Below are positions 27,638 through 41,169 of a stretch of 64,000 nucleotides of DNA, in pieces. A model generated the notes under the pieces. The model did not search any database. It worked only from the letters and a program-made list of their open reading frames with translations, and was not told the DNA's origin. The position numbers and the translations under genes are program-made. How positions within the stretch are numbered: position 1 is the first letter of the stretch; each line of letters begins with the position of its first letter. Origin of the DNA: Batkoa obscura (lineage: Eukaryota); the NCBI GenBank assembly GCA_030770535.1, contig JASVEC010000024.1:496001-560000 (forward strand), read 5' to 3'.

Positions 27638-29630
27638 TTTTATAAAATTAAAACTTTGATATCGATGTTTTTGGCTCGAGATAGCTCTTATTAATAAAAG
27701 AAGGAAAAAATAGAATTCCAGCGTTTATATACTTTTTTGCCCCTTAATCCCTACAAATCTTTATTTGAACAAACTATGCAATAGCTGCCTCATAATTTGA
27801 GCAGATTTATGATCCAAAATTACAGCATGTGACATTTAGTTGATCCAAACATTGTTTTTAAACGTTACCATCATTATTCGCTCAATCTAAAAAGCTTAGC
27901 CAATAATAAATGAAAAATAACGTAGTTTCCTAAACATGATCTCATTTCAATGAAAAGGAACAGAGCTTAACCAATCAAATAAGCAAGATTTAAATTAATA
28001 GATTTGAATTAAGCTATTGCTAATTTTAGCATATGATTAACTAAATTTAAAATTTATGTAAGAAATTCAAAAATGAATGATAATAAAAGACAAAAAAGTA
28101 TATCTTGTAAGTAATTGAATTAGTTCTTTACTATATAAAATGAAATTAACCTTAATATTCATTATAATGATGATATAGAATGCTTAATTAACAAGTTTCG
28201 AACTTGTATTATTATAATAATGATTTTAAATTTTAAGATTTACACAAATCAACTATCAACATTCAATGTTGATTTGGGCCAAGTTCAAAGCTATGATATT
28301 AAGCTCCATATTGAACTGGTTTGGATTAAAAGATAAGAAAAATAAAAATGGCATAAACGTAGTAATAAAAGGAGTCACCAAGATTAATTTAATCTATAAT
28401 GTTTAATTATCACATGGAATTGAATAGTCAATGATAAGAAGTTACGATTATTAGGAATATTACTGAATTTATTAAAAGCCAAAATCATCCCTTAAAAAGT
28501 GGATAATTTGAGGAATAATAGTTTACTCCCTTAAATTTGATGTAACAGTGCATTTAACTATAGCCAATCAATTACAATATAATCTAATGAAATTAACAAT
28601 TAAGGTGTAAGTATAAAGCCAATTACAAGTCCATGTGAAATCAAATTCAACTATAAAGTGTAACAGTAAAGATATTAATTATATTATAGTGATTATGATA
28701 CAAATTAACGGAAACGTTCAGCATAATGTTACACATTTCAATCAATTTAATGTATTTTGAAAAAATAAAGCGTAAGTAAAATCCATTTATTTATATACCT
28801 TTCTGATCCGAATGATACGTTAAGGGATTTTATTATCTCTCCCTTTTTTTATTCTTTCTCCCCTACTTCTATCTTTATTAGCTATTAGTGGTTAATATTC
28901 CACCTATTGATAATGGCTTTACATATAAATAGAAATTTTGTTAAGCTAATTAAATAAGCTGATGGATGAAATAGTCCTATCAAAATCAACATTAGATATA
29001 TAATTTATTTGAAAATTAAAGCTAATTTTACACCTTAATTATTATTTATTACACAATTAAATTCTGATTTTAGAAAGAATATTATTAAAATTTCATTCTT
29101 TTCATATATTTATATACATACTTAACTCTTTTATATTGAAATGATACAAAGATATCTAATATCAGCATTTATATAGTTGACATTATAATAAAACTACTTA
29201 GACTTATTTTTATTTTGTTATAAGAACAATTAAGGATATAGTAAAGATTCACTTTTAACCCTTCTTAAAACGAATAATTTATAGAAATATCATTTATGAA
29301 CTGTAGCAAAAAATAAAGTAGTTGCTTAGTTTCTTTTTGTTATATGAAGAACTTATTATTAGTCCTTTGATTCAATATACATTTTCTAAATAATGATAGC
29401 ATTGATAACCCAAAATTTTAGTCTATAAAGTTTTATCAGCTTTATTAGTTTTTACCTTGAACCTTAATTTTTTACCAACTTCTATTTAGATAATTGGAAT
29501 TTATTTCAATACATTACAATGCCTATGTAATTTTTGTGTAAAAGACATCTATAAATAACTTGATATCAATTAAGCATACTAAATATGCTAAATCTGTGTA
29601 TTTGTGATATAAATGATATGAGATAAGTGT

Positions 29631-29825
29631 GGGAATGTTTTATTAGTTTTATATGGGAGGGATATCTTTTTCGATTTCATTATTTGTCCATTTTTTAATC
29701 GTTATTGAGTGGAAAAAACCCGATAAAACAATGTAACCGAAAAAGATGTTACTATATATTTGTTTATTTTTATGCAATACAAACCCGGAAAAATAGATAT
29801 TGAATAGTAAAAACAAGGCTATCCC
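29631..29825 (-). mobile_element. Nested MITEs: diverged 99-bp copy (29655-29753) inside an older GGG...CCC copy
   Basis: Inner copy has ATAT TSD; outer has GGGAATGTTTT...ATCCC ends and is about 92 bp once the inner copy is removed. Confidence 0.65.
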
Positions 29826-30362
29826 ATATTAAAACTAAACAACTACTTAATAAAAATAACTGAGTATTAATTTAAACTCTATCACATTTTAACTGTAATT
29901 TCACTTAGAGCATCATAATTTAATATCGCATAAAAATTTATACTATATTCGTGTTTATACATTTTAATTAAGGATTTAATTAAAATTTATGGAAACTGTA
30001 TTTAAAAATGTATCTAAAATGATTTTACTAGTGAGTAGTTGATAAATTCTGAATTTTAGATAAAATTACTAGAATAAATCTAGCTATATATTTTAAATTT
30101 ATTATTCAACAATTTAATACTTAATGTCTATAATACTAAAATTTATGAATTAAAAATATTACGATTAAAGTATTTAATATTAATACAAGATAATTTATAT
30201 TAGTTTGATAAGTTTATAATAACTATCAAGATCAAACTATTATCAGTGATAATTAATTTGAAATTATTATTAGGAACAAAGTATTATAAGTGATAAATAG
30301 TTTAAATTATTAAAGTGAAATAGATGAGTTTTTACGAATTTCAACTTTCAAGGCTAAAATAT

Positions 30363-30459
30363 GGGAGTGTTTTTTTTGGCTTCATTACTTTTTCTATTTT
30401 TGAGCGCTATTTGAGTGGAAAAATTGGTAGTAAAATTCTTAAACACAAAAAACATCCCC
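30363..30459 (-). mobile_element. MITE copy
   Basis: Full length, ATAT TSD. Confidence 0.92.
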
Positions 30460-30895
30460 ATATAATATAAATGCAAGATTATTTATATTATTTCATTCAC
30501 TATAAAATAATTATTAAGATCAATTTATTATAATGATAAAAAAATCAAGTTGGTTATTATCAATTATACTAAAAATCATATAATTAATTAGAATAAAATA
30601 AACATAATAATAAAATTGATTCTCTAATAAAAAGATCATAAATGATAGATTTTTATTTTATTTTAAAAACCGCAATTCTTTTTTATCTTGATATTAAATT
30701 TTATTAATAAAATTTATATATGATTTATGATTCTTTATTGTAGCTATATTTATCAAAAATTATTAACATTAATTAAACCACATTAAATAATTGGATTTAG
30801 TAACTTTTCAAGTAATTTTATATATAAAATTATCATTATAAGATAGCTAATACTAGCATGAACTTTATTTAAGGACTTTTTTCAAAAGTTAATAT

Positions 30896-30994
30896 GGGGA
30901 TGTATTTTTGTGCTTAAGAATTTTACTAACAATCTTTCCACTCAAATAGCGCTTAAAAAATGAATAAAGTAATGAAATCAAAAAAAACATCCCC
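30896..30994 (+). mobile_element. MITE copy
   Basis: Full length, ATAT TSD. Confidence 0.92.
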
Positions 30995-31503
30995 ATATTA
31001 ATAGTTGAACTAATGATAAGGTAAAGTTTATTAAATATTATGTTCATTTTCAAAGTTTAGAATTTAAAAAAAATAGAAACTATTTTACATAAAGTACTAG
31101 ATTAAATTAAAATTCACTTTAAGCAACCTTTAAAAATCCATTTTACATTTTAAATAAAAACTTGAACATTCAAATAAATAATATGATAATAAAAATAAAT
31201 TACTAGTAATAAAAGTGTTTATATTTAAGTAAGCTATTAAAAACATTCTACAATTTCAGTTGTTTTAAAAAGCTAGATAAAATTCATTCTACATTTTAAA
31301 TAAAGTTGGAGCAACCTACATACTCTTTCTTTAAGTGACTCCAAAATACAATTTCTAGCTGTAAAGCTTATTTTTTTAACTAAATACTTTAATTTCAATT
31401 AAAGGCTTAATATTTATAAGTAACAACTATAGTGGATTCGCCCTTTAAGTAGCACCGATATACTTGATTTCAGCTATATAATTTATTTTTTATATTTTTA
31501 AAT

Positions 31504-31591
31504 ATGAGTCATATTAACTTTATAAATTTCATGAATGATGATTTGTGGCCATTAATTAAAATATAAGGATGACTTTTTGAGACTTACGTCA
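31504..31591 (+). promoter_or_regulatory. Gcn4/CpcA-type site ATGAGTCAT and CRE-like TTACGTCA upstream of the PDT-like gene
   Basis: Perfect 9-bp site at 31504-31512; TTACGTCA at 31584-31591; 100-180 bp before the ATG. Confidence 0.5.
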
Positions 31592-31687
31592 GCAACTTGT
31601 ATAAATAGAGTGACTGTTGAAATTTAAAATTAGAATTTAACTCAAATCAATTGTCAATTATTGATTATAAACTATCGATTATAAAAT

Positions 31688-32740
31688 ATGTCTAACTCTA
31701 TCAAAATAGCCTATCAATCATCAGAAGGTACTGATTTAACTACTATTATGAATGAAGCGTTTCCAGACAATGCCAGCTTTGAATCTGAAGCCCATTCTGA
31801 TTTATTATCTATTGGTACAGCCTTTGAAAATAATTCTATTACTCATTCTATTTTACCATATGAAAATAGTTTATCTGGTACTTTTTTGAACTCATTAGAT
31901 TTTTTATTACGTTATCCTAAATTACATATTATTGGTGAAGTTATATTACATGAAGAAATTGGCCTTGGAGTTCATCCCTCTGTAGAATTAGAGAATATTA
32001 AACAAGTGATTTTAGATACTAAAATTATTGAACAAACTAAAGTGGAATTAAATCAATTGTTTAAACAAAAGGAAATAATTTATCAAATAAATCAAGATCT
32101 TCTACCAAGTATTGAATCGATTTCTAAAGGGGAATTAAATTGTGCTGGCTTTGTAGGAAATATATCAATGATCCAAAAATATAATTTAAAACTAATAACT
32201 AAAAATTTAATTGAACATTCCAATCATCATTTTACTAGATACTTTATTATTTCAAATTCCCCTACTTTTCCAGAACGTCATCAATTACCAAAAACTTCGA
32301 TTGCAATCACTTTAAAAAATTCACCAGGTACTTTAATGAAAGTATTTTCTACTTTCGCTTTAAGGGATATTAAGTAAGTTATATATACTCTTTTCATTTA
32401 TTATTATTATTGTTATTATTATTAATTTTATTGATCTTCTTTTTTTTATTTCTAGTATTTGTAAAGTCGAATCCCGTGCTTCTATAAGATCTATACGTTC
32501 CAATTCTGCTTGGGAATACACCATGATTGTGGATGTAGATGGAGCTCCTAAAGTTGAAGAAAAATTAGAAAGAGCTATTGAAAATTTAAAAGAATTTGCA
32601 AGTAATGTTCATGTTTTAGGAAGTTATCCTAGGTAATTTTTATTTAGTTTACTTTATATGTTCAAAGTTGTATTAATATTCATTTTTCAAATAGATATTT
32701 TGCTAAACCTACTTTTGATTTGGCTCCAGTCGGTCTTTAA
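31688..32740 (+). CDS. Prephenate dehydratase-like protein (PDT + ACT), divergent, 3 exons
   Basis: IAYQ, LPYENS, IIGEV, FTRYFII, KTSI...PGTLMKVFSTFALRDI; spliced KVESR and VLGSYP; stop 32738-32740. Confidence 0.8.
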
Positions 32741-32918
32741 ATTGTTATTGGAAATATTCAATCGTATTTGTTAGCTTTGTTTTTTTACTTTAAATATTTA
32801 AAGATTTAAATAAAGTCTATCATTTTTATTATTCTATTATTTTTTAAATTTATAAATAAAAAAATCAGTACTCTTATCTTAATTAATAATTTATTTTCTA
32901 TTCTTATAAATATAATAT

Positions 32919-33015
32919 GGGGATGTATTTTTTGTTTAAGAATTTTACCAACAATTTTTCCACTCAAATAGCGCTTAAAAAGTGGAAAAAATAATGAAGT
33001 CAAAAAAATACTCTC
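32919..33015 (+). mobile_element. MITE copy between the convergent PDT-like and TPS2 genes
   Basis: Full length, ATAT TSD. Confidence 0.92.
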
Positions 33016-33253
33016 ATATCTTTTAATTTATTTCATTATATTAGATAGTATATCATCATCTATTCATAAATATCAAATAATAATTTAAATAAAATTTAAA
33101 ATTAAAACGTGATATTGAAACTTAAATATATAATAGAATTAGTATAAATTTATTCCATAGAGAAGAAGATATATGTGAATAAAGCTAAAAGTATTATAAA
33201 TATCAATCCTTTAAGCACCAGTGATAATTAACTTATAACAATAATCCATCAAT

Positions 33254-36156
33254 TCAATTATTTTCTGGTAATTTTTGCATAATTTCAATAATTTGTTGAG
33301 GATCATTAACATGCCAGTTAGCTAATGTTTTTTTACTTGAAGTACCAATAGTTGTGCCAAATACTTTATCTTCTTCAATATCACAATTATTTAATACTCG
33401 AAACATATCTTCATCTGTTTTATCATCACCAGCACAAAATATAAAATCACAATCCGGATTAGCACTAATAATTCTTTTCACTATTTCTCCCTATTAAAAA
33501 TTAAAAAGATTATTGATATATTATAGATTTTAATTATTATATTCTATTATTAACTTACCTTATTAATAGCCACTGGTCGAACTTCAATGTTTTTTTTACC
33601 AATTAATATTTCCACTGGCAATTTAGATACTACTGCATTCTCTAAATGATTCTGACATTCTTTTGCCTGGAACGAACCAAAAGAAGGATCAGCCATACGA
33701 TAATGCCAAGTTAAAGAAGCACGCTTATGTTCAATAAAAGAACCTAATTTAAATAATAAAAAATAATCATTTTTTAGTACATTTTTCTTAATTATATAAT
33801 AAAATAATTAACTTACCTTGAGTTCTTTCTGTATAATAAGTAAATATTTCAGTTACATCATCTCTCCAACTTAAATCAATATCTTCAGCAAGATTAATCC
33901 ATTCTGATAGATTTGATTCTGGATATTTCATAAAACATCCATGTTCAGCACTTAATCCTAAATTAGGTACATCTCCCATCCATTCAATTAAGGCTTTTTG
34001 ATCACGTCCTGAGATAATCCATACTACATTTTTTGGATCTTTAGTTAAAGTTTTTAAGGCATTTAACATCTTTTCGGATGGTATAGCAGCAGAGGGTACA
34101 GATCGGATTTCAGTTAATGTACCCTATTAAAATGAAAATAATTAATATTCTAATAATATGTTTAATATATATATAACTTACATCATAATCAAATAAAATT
34201 AATCTTTTTTTACTATTAGAATAAACTTTCTTGATTAAATCAAATTCTAAAAAGGGAGTTGGATTTGAATTATTAAAAGATGAACAGCATTTTTTCATTG
34301 CTGTTACAAAACTCTGTGCCCAAAAAGTAGCATCTTGGGTGGTTACTCGTTTATATAATGCCTAAATAAAAATAAAATATTAATATCATATAATCAAATA
34401 TATAATAATTTAAACTTACATTATGTACTTCCACTTTCTTTTCATGTGATAAAGTAAGTGCATCATTAAGCGCATCAGCAACACCCTATTAAATTAATCA
34501 ACTATATAAATAAAATATAAATTAAAATTAGAATTAGAATCATACCGAATAATCAAATGGATTCACTAAAATAGCTTCTTCTAAGGAGCCAGCAGTACCC
34601 GTAAATTCGGATAATATCAATGGAGAATAATTACCTTTTTGGCATAAAATAAATTCATGAGATGTAGTGTTCATTCCATCTCTAACTGAAGTGATTAAAG
34701 CTACATCTGCCATTGATAATAAACCATAGTATTCTTCTCTTTCAATAGAATGCTGAAAGTGATGAACAGGTGAATATTCTAAAGAACCAAAGCGACTATT
34801 GATACGTGTTACTATTTCACTGATTTTTTTTTCAAGATTAGGTAAACTATGTAATGTAGAAGATACTTGTACTAAAACTACTTTGCCTTGCCATTCTGGA
34901 TATTTTTGTAAAAACAATTCATATGTTTTAAATTTTTGTAATACACCAGTGGCTTGATCTAACTTATCTCTTCCGAAAATTACTTTTTTGCCACTATATA
35001 ATTCTTTTAATGAATTAATTTTATGTTGTACTCCAAAAGAAGCTCTAAATTATAAATAATATAAATAAATAATACATATATATAACCAATGTTAATTACC
35101 TATGAAGTTCAGATACTTTAGCATCTACACCAATCGGAAATACATCCACTGTAATAATACTACCTTTATAGTCAATACCTTCAGGTGCTGGTTCAAGACC
35201 AAGTACTCTTGTACAAGTACTAATAAAATGACGAGCATAAGAATATGTCTAAATAATATATATGAATACATTATTCTTATAAATAAGATAATCAAATAAA
35301 ATTACTTGTAAACCAACTAAATTGGAGGATAGTATACCCTTTAAGATTTCTTTACGTCCTATTTAAAAAAACAATTAGTAAAAAACTTATAAAATAATAA
35401 TTATAAAGTCTACTTGGTAAACAACGAAATATTTCACTTGAAGGGAAAGGAGCATGGAGGAAAAAACCAATATTGGCATCGGGAATAGCCTTTCTAATCA
35501 TTTCAGGTACAAGCATAAGATGATAATCATGAATCCAAACTATTTAAAACAATTAAAATTAATAAAACCAAAATAAATTGATTTAACATACTAAAGTCGC
35601 CAGGCTGATAAAATTGAATAATGGAATCAGCAAAATGTTGATTAACATTAACATAACCTTCCCAGTGTTCTTTTTGAATTTTCATGTCCACTCGCATATC
35701 TTCTAATAAATAATGAAACATAGGCCAAAGTTCTATTCGTTTAAAATTATAAATTATTAGTATGTAATAAACTAAAATCCAATAAATTATCTTACCTGAT
35801 TTACAATAACCTTCATAATGATTGCTGGCTTCTTCCTCACTAAAAAACACTGGTATATATTTTTTTTGGCTAACCAATTTATTTTTAAGCTCCTCCTTCA
35901 TTTCTTCATTTAACACTTCATACTCAAGTACACTACCATCTTCTTTAAGCACCTTTCCTACAAATCCCATATGATAATTATCATAATCTTTACTAAGAGA
36001 GCCGATTGCCACATTCATAGCTGAATGACCCCGACGTAAGTGAAAAGACCATTCTTTATTATCAGTATTTAAATTACAAACAGAAGGTATAAAGTGGGAG
36101 ACATGAATGACCCTTTTAGGTTCCAATATTTCAGTGCTATCTTTACAATTCGTCAT
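33254..36156 (-). CDS. TPS2: Trehalose-6-phosphate synthase/phosphatase complex subunit (GT20 + HAD TPP), multi-exon
   Basis: HYEGYCK, LWPMFHY, FFLHAPFPSSEIFR, RDGMN, LSEF, LFDYDGTL, ISGR, SAEHG and AGDDKTDEDMF motifs; intact DYDGT favours the phosphatase subunit. Confidence 0.9.
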
Positions 36157-36342
36157 TTTTTGTTTTTTACTTGGAGTCGAAATAGTGGGAGTTTTGTTTT
36201 TAAATAAAAAAGATGGTTTTATGTTTGATTAAGTTTATTTATCCATCTTCATTTGTTCTCCCCTTCAACTAGCCACCTCACTAAACCTAACTGTTTGATA
36301 TATTATTGGTTGAGTTAATAAAATACTAATCAATTAGGACCA

Positions 36343-36350
36343 TGACGTCA
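36343..36350 (-). promoter_or_regulatory. CRE (ATF/CREB) palindrome upstream of TPS2
   Basis: TGACGTCA about 190 bp upstream of the ATG at 36156. Confidence 0.4.
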
Positions 36351-38250
36351 AAGTTAAACGAAAATGATCTCATTATTAACCAATTGGTGTAAAGATAAGC
36401 TTATCAACCTTGTTAAAAATTGAAAAGATTAAGTGGAACTTCATTGGGTAAACAGTTAGTGGAGCTAATAATTTCAAAATAATGGCTAATTAAGTGGTGA
36501 AGGCATTGTATTATTAGTGCTAAAAAGTGAAAGAAGTATAGTATTTGAATTAGTACTATAATAATAACAAAAAAAGAAACCAGCTCAACATCTAATTATC
36601 TAGAATATTCTTACTTTAAAATTTTAGATAATCATTCGCACAAAATGGAATAATTTGTTATAATTCTATGTTTTTTCATCGGAAAATAAAAATTAGAAAT
36701 CAATTCTTCCTTAAAACTCAGCACCAGTAAAATTAAAGCTTGTAACGCAATGTTTCAAAATTATAAATTTATTGGTTCCAAGGAGATTAAATTTTGTTTC
36801 AGATAAAAAATCAAAAATAATAAAGATGGAATTTTTAAGTGCAATTTTGTAAAGTAAAGTTAACTGTTTAATAGTTATGATAAAATGGCTCATTGGTGTT
36901 GCAAAAAGATAAACAAATTTTAAATTATTAATGATTGTGTTAATATGATTAAAATTATGTATTTTGTTACTGCAGGTTAGTTCATCTTGAAAAAAATAGA
37001 GGTATTTTTTAGAATTAGCCATTTCACTAGCTGATTTTTTTAAAGTCTGTTGCTTAAAAATCAATAATTAAACTAAACTAAAATAAAAATAAAAAACAAA
37101 GCTACTTAGTATAAACTAATATAATAATCAAAGTGGCAACATACTAGATTTATTTATAAATACTTTTTGGCATTATAGACTCTAGTGTAGAGTTATTATT
37201 CTCATAATAATTAAAAAATTTATTAAAAAGCATTTAAAATTATTGTTTATGCTATTTATTTCAATTTATATTAACATTTATGTTATAGGACTTTTATAAA
37301 ATTAATATTAAAAATAATAACACAATTAATTATTTTAAATATAAAATAAACAATAGCTTACTAATAGCTTTATTGAAAGTTATAATAAATTTACTAAAAA
37401 ATTTAATATTTGTCTATTTTTAAAATTAAAATAAAAACAAGAATATTAAAAAAAATAATATTAGATTTTTTTAACTTTTTAAATATAAAGCAGTTTAATT
37501 TTTTTATTTTAACTAACTCAAAACTCTTAATTTACTTTTTAATTATTAATTTTTTTTCGCTTAGCCAGAGTTATTTTTATAAATAATATCTATCATAGCT
37601 TAATTTGTCTTATGAAATTTAACAATTATAGTTTAATCATTGTAAAATATTACTTTGTCAGCTGTATGATGGATTATAACATAATAATCACTTAAGTTGA
37701 TGTGTCCTCAAGTTCAGACACAATCAACCCCAAGTCTTTTATTTTGATTTGGTACGAGAATTTTTATCATGTAATTCCGAAGAACTATCTTCTCGTTTTG
37801 ATATCCATACTTGTTGGAGTATAAAAGTGATTCTTCAACATAATAGCTCTAGACTTTTTGGTTGGATTACTTCCTGATATCGTATCTCTAATAGGGCCAC
37901 TAAATCTTTATGATAATATTTCATACAGATTTTACAGTAGTACTGTCTATCCTATTTGCCATGTATAATCTGTAGCCTGTTACATGGTATTGTTCATAAT
38001 TCAAGTCTATCTTAGTTACATAAACTAAAACCTTTTGACTCAAACCACTGAGTACCAGATTTCACATTATAATGATAAGTTACTTTAAATATTTATAATT
38101 ATTCAAATGCTTAATTTTTGTTTTATTTTTATTATACCTATTTGTATAATGATGATTATTTTATATAATTTACAGCTTTTATTAATTTTTTAGTTTTTTC
38201 TAGTTAAACATTTAGCACTAACTTTCATCTTTTAATAATTATAATATATT

Positions 38251-38348
38251 GGGGATGTATTTTTTCGTTTAAGAATTTTACTAACAGTATTTCCATTCAA
38301 ATAGCGCTTAAAAGATGGAAAAAGTGATGAAGTCAAAAAAACACCCCC
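38251..38348 (+). mobile_element. MITE copy
   Basis: Full length; TATT/ATAT flanks. Confidence 0.9.
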
Positions 38349-39020
38349 ATATCTAACTTTATTTTAGCATTTGTGTTTTAGGTATAATAAAATATTATCA
38401 TATGATTGAGCTTTGAAATACCATTAGCTATTTTACAAAAAGCCATTTTTTTTCTTAATTTAATAACAAATCCTAATACCTATTTTAAGAATTTTTTATA
38501 TTAATATTTTTGATTATTGATTCCTAGCTTCTTTATATGTTTTTGCCTATGTTTTTCTTATATATATGCCTTGTTTGCTTTTTTCATTAATATCAGTTTT
38601 GTTATAAATGCTTTACTATTTTGACTTTCATGTTTAATACTATTGTATTTGTATAAGTTTTTTTTATTTGATTTTACTAGTATATAGCATGTTAAAGAAA
38701 CTTTTTTAAATATTTTATTAGCTAATTAGATAATACTTTATCAAACATGTTTCAATGAAAAAGCATTTATAGTATATATATATTATAAGTAATAAAGTTT
38801 AATATTGGTCATTCTTGTTGCGGATTGTCTTTATTATTTATTTTTAATAAACTATTTGATATTAAAATCAATACGATCATTAAAATAGCTTTTTGTTACT
38901 TTACTATATATAAATATTTATAGCTTTTTGAATATAATTGTGTAATATCTACTAAATGTTTTCTTTGTTTTTTCTTTTAAAATTCAGGTCAATATTAAAA
39001 TAGATAATTTATTTAACCTC

Positions 39021-40363
39021 ATGAGTCTTAAGACTATAATCAAAGGTACGCTATTCTATTTTTCAAACGAAGACAGATGTAACCTTTTCGTATGTTATAA
39101 ATGATATAATAAAAGGGTAATACCTTTACTATGGGAAGATGCCAAAATAGATAATAAATTTAATGAGTATGAAAAGGATATAAAAAAAGAACTTATAAAA
39201 TGTGCATATTATGTTAGATATTTAGACTTTGGAGGAGGCACTGATTTTCTCATTTTCCTTTCTGCATTTATAAACTGTAAAAAGATTAAAGTGCGTTTAT
39301 ATAGCTATTTTAAATATGCTAAATCTTTCATAAGATGTTCCATTAGTAGATCTTTATGATAAATATACTATTACCCATATACCAATTGAAAAATATATAT
39401 CTTTAGAGAAAATTTCTATTAAAAAACTTTTCAAGATTTAAAGCACTGTAAATTTTTAGGCCAAGTAAATACTTGAACATCGAAATATCAATTTTGCTAT
39501 CAACTTTAAATTCATTATGCATAAAAAATAGCAATAATTTTGAGAATGAACTCCCATATATTGAAGAATTATTGAATAGACTCAATAATTTGAAGGTAAT
39601 CAAGATACTCAAGGTCGGACTCCGATCAGAGAAATACAGCTATTAAATATACAGTTTTTGTATCTAACTAAATTGTATGCTGGTAATATACATACAAGGG
39701 ACCCAGAAATACACACAAATTTAAACAACTATCTAAAATTTGAGGCACTTCATCACCAAGGTGTAGTTGAATTGACCTTTGATGGAAAATCTAATTTAAA
39801 AGAATCATTATTATCTGATTCTGACTCGTCTAAAATAAGCTTAAATAATGAGGTATTTCCAAAAATAATCAATTAAGTTTACAAGTTCTTAACAAGCATG
39901 GCTCTATATTTTAATATTTGGCCTTTAGTATTTTAGCCCTTACACACTTGAATTTATGAGTAAAAGACAATGAGTCAGCACTCAGATACATAATTTTATA
40001 TGAACAACACAGCAAATCATTAATTTTAGTTAAAGAAGTTTATTCCAAAAAAACAATAAGACTAAGAACCGAGGGTTTTAGTTTAGGATATGAATTTTTA
40101 GATTTTATATATATACCATCCCCTAATCTATATAACCTTGAACTAGAAGGGTGTAAATTTGATATTGATACATTGCATTCGGCCCGTAGGACAATAATAT
40201 ATTAGAACCTAACTAACATGACTTATAAGCAAATCATGAGTGCCGACTCTCTTATTATCTTTATTAATTCCATTGTAAAGCGTTTTAGAAGTATAAGATC
40301 TTTTGAATTTATAAAATGCGATATATTTTTGGAAGCAGAGCCTGGTTATAATCTTAAGTTCTA
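39021..40363 (+). pseudogene. F-box/LRR pseudogene
   Basis: MSLKTIIKGTLFYFSNEDRCNLFVCYK* start; fragments TNLNNYLKFEALH and SPNLYNLELEGCKFDID match 642-2000; many stops. Confidence 0.8.
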
Positions 40364-40501
40364 ATTTGGAGATGACTTATATTATGTATAAGCTTTTCGT
40401 AATTATCAGTTCATTAAATCTTGCTAAGAAAATGTTTTTATTTTTATTTTTATTTCTTTAGCTTTTCAAGTATCCTTAATTTATATTTTATTTAGGTATA
40501 T

Positions 40502-40597
40502 GAGTATGTTTTTTTGGTTTCATCACTTTTTCCATCTTTTAAGCGCTATTTGAGTAGAAAAATTATCAATAAAATTGTTAAACAAAAACACATTCCT
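40502..40597 (-). mobile_element. MITE copy, diverged
   Basis: Family core; ATAT flanks. Confidence 0.85.
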
Positions 40598-40769
40598 ATA
40601 TAGTAATTATAAATAATAGACAAAATTAAAATAAAATTTACTGCTATTGGTATGATGTGTGTGACTGCATAAAAACTATTGATTGGTCACCAACGGTAGG
40701 AAGTAATTGTGTTTTACCATCATTCTGGTATTTCTATATCTAACTTGAAATTGTGATAGTGTTAATAGT

Positions 40770-40988
40770 TTGATTCTTAGTAAAAATTTGTAGTTCAAGA
40801 TTGCTTAGATCTTTTTAAATAAGGTCTTTATTGAGCATTTGGTAATTTTTGCTATTTGGATTTGGCAATTTCCTTAACTATTTTTAGACAATAGCCTCTT
40901 TGATACTATATGGTTAATATGTTAGTTCATATAGGCATTCCTTGGTGTTTTTTATTAACTTTAGCTTATAGTCTTTTGAAAAACTCAT
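40770..40988 (-). pseudogene. Probable HMG-box gene relic
   Basis: Frame-shifted fragments TPRNAYMN* and KIVKEIAKSK*QKLPNAQ*RPYLKRSKQ match HMG-box helices 1-3. Confidence 0.45.
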
Positions 40989-41169
40989 ACATCGCGCATT
41001 TTTTTGTCAATTTTATAATATGTGATTTGCACTATTTTTAGTATAACAGTTTAATTGTATTACTATTTATTAAAATCAATATATTAAAAAAGTGTACAAA
41101 ATATGATTTCTAATAATTTATTTTCAGCTGTTATTGATATGGTCACTCCATTTAAGTACGATATTCTTT

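Noticed and set aside
32806..33003. Short ORFs over MITEs (also 21884-22108, 43239-43505, 50584-50769)
   Set aside because: Chance read-through of the non-coding repeat
37650..38070. Slightly GC-richer island with a KDLGLIVS fragment (LINE RT-like); similar islands at 11900-12170 and 25100-25380
   Set aside because: Many stops and only one short motif; cannot be assigned without a search
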